DNA from: Aplysia californica
Lineage: Eukaryota
DNA length: 64,000 bases
Direction of reading: 5' to 3'
Assembly (NCBI RefSeq): GCF_000002075.1
Contig: NW_004797332.1
Coordinates: 1,562,618-1,626,617 of the forward strand
Both the position numbers and the translations under genes were made by a program. This document shows positions 38,301-47,300 of the stretch, one piece after another; the stretch's first letter is position 1, and the number at the start of each line of letters is the position of its first letter. The notes beneath the pieces were generated by a model. It did no database searches. It was not told the DNA's origin and saw only the letters and a list, made by a program, of their open reading frames with translations.

Positions 38301-41300
38301 NNNNNNNNNNNNNNNNNNNNNNNNNNNNNNNNNNNNNNNNNNNNNNNNNNNNNNNNNNNNNNNNNNNNNNNNNNNNNNNNNNNNNNNNNNNNNNNNNNNN
38401 NNNNNTCTTTCCCTCTTTCAATTGTTCTCTTTTGCCCCCTCTCCTATACCACTTAAAATTGTAATAAGTCACCTCATTCAGCTTGTAGTTTATATCTTCC
38501 CTCTTTTTCTCTCTACGTCTTTACAAAACAAGGATCTGAACGGGGAACTGCTTCACAAACAAACCAAAGTCTACGCCCTCAAAGAAACCGCAGACCAACT
38601 GCTGGCCAGCACCGACTCGCCCGAGATGTCAACTGCTCGTGATAGCGCCCTCATCATCAACAACCGTCTCGGCGATTTGCTGCATCTGACATCTGGTTAT
38701 TTGTCTAGTCTCGAGACTCGTCTGCATATCACACCCAAGCGAGGAAACACAGTATGTATAAAGTTTGTGTACATGAATAATACACTGTATGTACTCGTCT
38801 ATAACACGACCTTGGGTATAATATCAGGGGTATACTTTGTCTCCAAAATAAATTGGCCCACTTTTGTAAGTTTTATGTAAGTTCTATGTATAGCATAAGC
38901 TGAATTTCTGATTTGATGTAGGGGATTCAACATGCTGGAAATCCAGTACTAGTGTGGCATCAAATATATGTCTGACTTTTAAGAAGTGTTGGTTGTTGCA
39001 TAGAGATTGATTTAATCTGTGAGAATGGGGTGGCAGGTAATCCAAACAAGACGTCATGATGTGTTGTAAAATCCAGATTTGTAAATAAATCAGATGAAAA
39101 AGTACATGGCATTACTTCCCCTTAGTTGGGCTGGATCCTGGTTGTGTGTCACACAAACAAAACGATGGGGGGGGGGAGTATTTTTGTGCTCCTTTTTTTG
39201 GAAAAACTGCTTGTATTATAGTGGAGTGTATACGTTAATAGTAATGTATTTGTGAGCTCTGGTGGCTGAGTGGCTACTGACTACTGAGCTTAGGCTCATA
39301 GTACTGTCAAGCATGTGTGGGTGATGAAGCGTTCAGGTGATGGGTGTTCTTGAACAAGGCAGGATTCAATAGCTCATCTGTCAATGTCACAACGATGACC
39401 AATATATCCACAGAGGAGAATATTTCTCAGTGAAATAGAAGAATTTGAAGGACTAAAGGTTAAGATGACTTGTGGCTTCTGCTGTGGACCAATTCTTGCA
39501 GAGAAAAGTTTGCCACATTTTGAGCATTCAAAACTCCACTTCCACCTGTATATGTGTGGATGTGCACAGTTTGCGGGCTTCTCTCTTAGTTTCAGCATTT
39601 GAGCAAGACATGACAACCCTAGTTCAAAAACAAGGTGCTGCACAGTGGCGATCAGCAGTGGTGTGTAGATTGTCTATGTTTGTGATTTTGTGTATTTTTT
39701 TTGTCTTTACGTATCATGAAGATCACCACTTGGTGTTTCCTATCCCTGAGAGATATATATACCTGCTACCCTACTGTGATCCCCATGGCAATTCCAGATG
39801 TTGCACACTGGGTCAAGTAGAAGAAAATGCAAGGGCTTTAGTTTATTTTTGCCCACTTTCATTTATATGTCACTATTGCAAAGTCATAACAAAAGCAGAT
39901 ATAATAAAAAATAATTATTATGTCATTAAATCGCCTGTTTGTTTACATTTGTGTGTTCATCAGCCGAGCAGTTTTGATCTGAGCGAGGAGAGGTCATCTG
40001 GGTTCGGCAGTTTAGCAGCCTCAAGGTCATCGACCCCTCACCGTCCAGGTCTTCCCACCACTGTCCGTAGGTCCCGATCACCGTATGCAATCGCCCGACA
40101 GGTAAACGCGAGAAAGATAAAGTAGATGTGCCAAACTCATATTTTATAGTGTGTGCCTTGTATCTGTAAGTAAGTGCCAATAGCCTTGTTTCTTTCTCTT
40201 TTTTTTTCTCTCTCGCAGTAGGTAAGTGCCGCCACCTGCCTTCTTTTCCAAATAAAGGCAATGCTTTTGTAATTGAAAGAGAAGAAATAGATTCCTTTTT
40301 TCTCTTGGTGGGATAGACACTGAGATATGTTTGTTGAATATTTCAGCTTTTATACAAATATCGTCTGTTTATGGTTAGAATAATGTTGTATTTGTCAACA
40401 CACACTCGTAAAAATTAATTGATATTTCTTCATACTATGTTGTTGATTATATGAAACAGTGGAAGTACAGTAAGCATGGAACGTGTCTGTATCTACCTAT
40501 ATTATATATATTCATTTATTCTGTTATTTATTATATGATATATATTAATCTATTGAATTTCAAGATGCAAAAAAAATTCCCACTTTTAAAGTAATTGTTT
40601 GTAAAGAGGCGAAATAATCAAGTTTCTAATGTTTGTGTCTCTCAGTGATAGCACATCTTTTAGCTTTTGTTATCATGAGCACAACGAAAATCCTTAGTGG
40701 GCATTATCAAACAACTCTCAGTTTGATTATGTTTTGCTGTTTCATTATGGGTTGTTTTTTTTATTGGCTCAAGCTTACTGTCCTGTGTAAAAGGCTTACC
40801 CTTTCCTCCTTTTGATTTTGTCTCATTTAATTGTTCAAAATGTATTTTGGAAAATCTTGTATTCCTGCTGCACACAAAACAATATGTGTTTTTGCCGTGC
40901 ACTGCGGCAATGTGAAAAAGACTTCACCACTGAATTTGTGTAATGGGGAGCATTAGCAGACAAATATGTACTGCTTTTTTGTGTGACAAACTAACATTTC
41001 ATTCTAATTATTGGTTGTTTTTTTCTCTCTGTTAAGACGTATCCTATGAAAACAAGAGTCGGTTTCCAGAACGTTCTTTTCTAAGTTCATACCATATGAG
41101 TATGCTAAAGGTCTACACAAACAGTTTTAGTGAAACGATAAATTAAAAGTAATTTAAAAGACTCAAGATTCTATCAGACTTTGACTGATCCTGACTTCCC
41201 TGTACTATTTTACTTTTTGTTTAATCCGAGTACTTAAGACTTTTTGGAGATTTTGACAAAAGATGCATCCTTCAACCTGCCTTTGATGTTGATTAGATCT

Positions 41301-44300
41301 GTTATGTGAAGATTGAATCATTTTTTGGTACCATACATAGCCCAAGATTACTGCAACAGTTTTGTTTTCTATAGTAAAATTTATTTTTTTTCAATACCTG
41401 TCTAATGTAGATATAATCAACATTTTCATTGCTAGTAGACCTTTGTGCTATTTTTACAACTGACATGAGTTCACATTATGTCTAACAGTTTCTGTAATGC
41501 ATCAAAGAATGTCCTTCCTGGACAATGTGGTGGATTCAGTCTTGATGCATTAGACCATCATCACTCTTATATTCTTAGTTTCTAATAACTTTTTGACTTC
41601 TTGAAAAGATAAACAGGCCTTATGTTACCACATCCAATAACTGTGCTATGATCTATTAATTGTCAAGCATACTGTATTTCTAAATTTTATCCTAATTTCT
41701 TTCATGCTAAAGTTTCTGTACCATATATTTATCACTTTTAGTTTGTAGGCGTTTCCATTTTTTAATTTAATTTTTGTTTCTCTTTTCAGTCAATTTATCT
41801 TCAGTTTTAATTTCATTTCTTTTATATATGTATTTATTTTGAAGTCAGTTTGTCTTGAGCACATCTTCACCATTGTCCTTCCGACATTTCACCTCATTCC
41901 CATGATGCTTTTGGTCCACAGTTTCTAATGAGAATCGCAAGTCCTTTTCTACCATCGAGCTCACAGGATAGAGACAAGTAAATCAATGTCGCACCCCTCA
42001 CTTGTTAACGGGGGGATCGACAAAAGTTTTTCCCTAATTTTTTGTTCATTTTTTGTTGGTTCTATCCCTTCACTGTCTCTCAGGCGGCAGGGTATGCCCC
42101 TTGTATGGAATGCGGGAGATTTAGCTAAAGAAATAATTATTTCACAGCTGTCACTTCATTTCATACCATGTACCAGTTCACCCATGGCCGTTGCCTCATT
42201 GCTCATCGCTTTGCCTGACTCTAGCCGCTTATCTCCTTTTTTTATGTTTTGAGAGTGCATCTTACATGGAAATGTCAAGTGCATTCTCTCTTCATGTGCA
42301 TGATGTATGTTGTTCTTGTCCCCCACTTAAGAGCATCGTGCAGAACACTGAAACGGAGAGCAGATAATAATTTTCTTTTCTTTTTTTTTTTTGGACTGGA
42401 ATATTTTCTCATTTTTATACTTTTTTAATGCAATAGTCGTATTTCTAAAGGAGCTGGGATTTTTGGGGGCCTGAAATACAATTTATTGTTCTCATATTTA
42501 AAGGTTGTTTTTTTGCTTTTTGTGTGGGGGGGGTTTTCTCTTATACCATTTGTCTATATTTCAATTTAATAAGTAACTTATTTCTTTCTTTTACCTTTTT
42601 TCAATTTTTTATTTGTGTTTCATTACTTCAGTATGGGGTCCATCTTTTTTTTCCCAAGTCAAGATATGTTGCACTTCTCTCCAGTTTTCAGGGTATCAAA
42701 AATGCTCTTTAACATCACTCACCTGAATAACCCTGGGGAAATAGCGTCCTGGGCAGTGGGTGGATGCTCACATCTAACAGCATGAAGCGCAAAAAGCACC
42801 TCGTACTCAGTAGGAAAATAATGCGAATAGAATGAAATCTTGTACATGTTGGTCATGGGGGCTTATTTCTGTGTAAAAAATGGATTAGTTTGTAGGGATA
42901 ATCCATCAACTAACAGTAATTACCCTGTCCCTTTCCTTTCCTTGACTTCCTTGACCTAAATAAGCTACCCAGTTCCTTTTAACAAATGACAGTAGTTAAC
43001 TAAATGATTTGAAACCTGGCCTTCTTTGTACTCTCTCTGTCCTTGTAACTGTCTTGTCAATAGCTCTTCCCGTCAGAGATAACAAACCTTAACCCATACT
43101 GCCTTTTTGTCTCCCTTGCCTATAATTTCTCACCCTGATCTGTGCCTTATTCCATCTCAGTCTGTCTTTTATAGACAAAAACGTCCAAACATGATTTTCA
43201 TAGTCAAAGCATCAGGAAAGTGGGTCATTGAGATTTCTAGGTAAATAAATTATGTGTGTTCATCAGCCTTAATGATAACATTGAAGTCTTTTTTGTTTTC
43301 CTTCCACACAAAAAAACAACTTTACCAGCAACATGAACTATGTCAAAAAATGTTTTCATAAAGAGACATTTTGGTTTACAATTTACAGCCATTTAAAACA
43401 GATGTGGAGCAAAGTTGATGCTGGATTACATTTTTGGCGTGTGATTATACATTCCTTTCCAACCCCCCCCCCCCTTTCCCTGTTACTCTCTTTAAATTCA
43501 AAGTGTACACCCATAAAAAAAAAAAAAAATCTTCAGCATGCTGCAGTGATGGGATTAGTCCTATTTAAGTTTTAAAAAACAATTGGCCCACCTTGACTAA
43601 CAATGGCTTACCACCACGTTACAAAATTGTGCAAATGCATCAACAAATTTCCAAGTTTTAACAAAGAACACCATTATGGACTGAATTAAGAAAACACATG
43701 AAATCTGGAAGTTTTGGGATCTTTTCAACAATGTGATAAATGACTCGGGCCATTATCGCAGCATGTTGAGGACATCCTTTATTTATTTTATTGCAACCGC
43801 AATTTCTTAAAGTTAAGGCTTTCAGTCACTTTTTTTTTAACCCCAAGAAGCAAAAGTATTGGTTCTCTCCAAAGCTATGTGCTTAACCTCATCCTTTCCT
43901 CCTTAAGACTTGCGTTGATCAAATCTTATGTGCTTTGCTTTAGTAATATAAATTGAAATAAGCCTACATATTAAATGTGTATACCAATCAACAACAGTCT
44001 ATATAATTTAATATAAAAAGCTGCTACTATAATAATCTGTAGCACAGTATCACACGCTTATGCTTTGTTGAAATCTTGTCTTGTCGTGCAAAAATTAGGC
44101 TTTGTAAAGTTGCACAAAGCCAAAATCAGCACAGAATTATTTCAAGAACTCAATCAAATTATTATATTCGTCGTAAGCCCAGGAAAAGCATTTGCTCCCA
44201 GGTCTCCATTTGTTTTGCCATCCATAGGTAGTTGGAGGGCATCTCTGAAAGGCCCTGGTTCTCTTCTTTCTCTCTGTTATTTCTGTCTGCCTATCTGTTT

Positions 44301-47300
44301 TCTCCATGCTCTAAATGGCTGTTGCAGGTGGTGTGTGGGTGGTGTGCGGGTGTTCTGGTGTGGTTTGTTCCTTCTTTCCTATAAAAAATCTATTGTCCTT
44401 ATCTCTCTTCCCTTTTTGTGTTTGTTACTCTCTTGTAACACCTCTAATCTTCAGCACTTCTAAGACCTTATTGTGTTGCAAGTGCCGTAAAACTCTTACT
44501 AAGGGACTGGATGGCTGCTGTCTTGTCAGCATGTTTTTCTTTCTCCAATTCTTCAACTCAGTGCTTTCCCAGTACCCGGTATACAAATATTTCATCAGTT
44601 CCATTCTAGGTAAAAATCCCTGTTTGTGTACGTTCAAAAGCAGAGCACTTTGCCCAGTACATGGAAAGAGCAAAAGAAAAAAGAAAAGAAGGAAATGCAA
44701 ATAAAGTTAACTGCACATGTATAGTCACATCTGATCATCGGTGGATATTTTTTTTTTTGTCAACAAGTTGCCTTCCCTGCATTATAGGTTTAATACAAGT
44801 ACTTATTATTCCGTTGTCAGACAGACTGTTGTGGCAAGTGTTGTTTGCTGCTCATCAACTCTTTCTACATACGGTGTCTTTCCTGGTGCCTTCCTAGTGT
44901 CTTCCATTGTCTTTTTAAAATTTTATACATTGCTCGTTCATTCTATGTCATCGTACAACACTTACATTCTACTGCTGATGTCCAGCCGCACATCAGCCTA
45001 CATCTGCAGCCCAGCTGACTTAAAAGGCGAGAGGGATTTTGTCTCGCGCATTATGTGTTATTTTTTTTTTATGTAATCTAAAATTTTCTGTGGTTTTCAA
45101 TAGGTTCATAATTTTTTTGCAGTATAGTCTAAGTGATTTTAATGAATGAAAGACTTGGAAAGATCTGCAATTTTTTTTTTATGTGTGTGACTGCAGAGTA
45201 AGTCTACTCATATATAATTTAAATGACTGTGTATTAACTTTTACTTTGTGAAAAGAAAAAAAAAGGACGTAGAAGACTGACCTGGCCATCGTCAAGAGAT
45301 ATCAGGATCAAGACCTAACTCAGCAAAAGCTACTAATTTGGCACAATATAACTGAATTGACACTCGACCTTGAAGAGCAAATATGTTTGATTTTAAAGGT
45401 CAAAGTCGAATTAACCACATCCAGTAGAAGTTGTACCAGAAGGGCAACTGTTGCCCCATCTATGAAGGAACATTTGGCCAACACTAAATAATTATTTGGG
45501 GTTTTGGCTTTTTTTTTAAAGAAAAAATTGATACCCTCAGATGATGTGCGTTCGTTTTTCTTGTTAAGTAAATCTGTTGTCCTGCAATCTTTTTTTTTTA
45601 CCCACATATATGTGTCTGATCCCAGTGTCTTAAATACGTGTTGTGTATTGAATGCAGTTGTATGTTTTTGTTTAGGAGGTGAGGTGGGTTGTTTGTTGTT
45701 TGGGTTTGTTTGGGTTTTGGGAGGATTTTTTTATGGGGGCGGGGATGGAGCTGTTGTTGTTTTTTTAGTTTAGTTTTTTGTTTTTTGTTGGGGGGGTTTT
45801 TTTGGGGGGGAAGGGAGAGAGAGAACAATATTCTGGCACTGGTTCATTTATACTAGTATTTTGGGGTTAATTTCCCACATCTACACTGGTTTGCCAAAGG
45901 TCAAGAACCTTTAGTGCAGACCTGTTTTATCCCATTCATTCCAGGTTGACCCTGTTGGTGGTTGGTTTTGCTCCGATGTGGTTCTCTCCTTATCTCTCCT
46001 TCTTTTTTGTGTTTGTTGCTTTCTTGTAACACCTCTAATCTTCAACACTTATATGACCTAATTGTGTTGCAAGTGCCGTAAAATGCTTACTAAAACAAGG
46101 TTGTCCATATCAGATAGGGGGGATGCTTCACTTCTCATATAAATTGTACCGTGCCAATAAAGTAAAACATATTACAGTTGGTGAAATCGCTACCATTGTT
46201 CAACATGGTTACAAACTACAGAGCTTTTGCTTCGAGTGGGTGGTTGGTGGGTGCTCGGGTGTGCCTTTCCTATCAAACATCTAATGTCCTTATCTCATCC
46301 TATTCTGTTCTCTGTATGTTACCCCCTAGTAATAGTAACACTTCTAGTCTTCGGCACTGATATGACTTACATGTATTATATTTGTGTTTCAAGTGCTGTA
46401 AAACTCTAACTGAAAATAGAAAAGTTAATTCATGACAACTGTACAGCGCTACTCATAAGTGTTTATAGGAAGAGGGAACAGAACTAGCCAGCCCACTGAA
46501 GTAGAAATAAGCTCTTCGGACGACTGTGTTTAAAAGTGAAGCTTTTTTTTCTATTGTTCATCTTTGCTCATTCTGTTTATTCATCCCATTTCTCCATTGT
46601 TTGTGAAATGTTTTTGAATGGCTATGATTAGAATCTAAACCTATAATGTCAGTTTATAGAAAACGAAAAGACAAAATTGTAAAATACTATTGTATTTCCT
46701 CTAGAATGTGGTTCGTGGCGGGGGTTTTTTCGGGGTTTTTTTTGTTTTTACGTGTTTTCAGTTTGAAGACACTGATCAAAAAGGGAAGAAAAGAATCGGG
46801 GAATTCTATTTTTGTTCTGTTGACTACTTTTTTTCGGATTTACAGTGTTCGGTTTTAGGGGACTCCACAGTATTTTCACAGTTTCCTTTCATTTTAAGTT
46901 GTTGAGCAACAATTTAGAAATCTAAATAGTGATAGTCCCAATTGATTTGTAAATTTATTCCAAGGGGATTGAATAAGATATAGAGGATTGGTCTATTTCC
47001 AAATCCTTGAGGGCAACCCTTATGCCTGTGTTGCTCTGTATCACTTGGTTTATTTTGTTCACATCTACTCAGTCTTAACATCTTTCATTATTATTTCCTG
47101 GCATCTCTTCCATGCGTGCTCATTCAAAGCAGTGCAGCATTACGGTGTGCTCACGTGGTATTTCTTACTAACTATAGTCTTTTTGTGCTGACCTGTGTTG
47201 TCTCTTCGTGCTTCGGCAGGGATGTTGATTCCTCTCGATGTTGCTGGACTCCAAGTTTATTGTAACTCACACAGTTTGCCATTTCTATTTTGTAAATAAC

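Noticed and set aside
39472-39963. 217-aa ORF 39472-40125 as a separate gene
   Set aside because: Only 39964-40101 is exon-like; the rest is an intronic open frame with non-coding composition.
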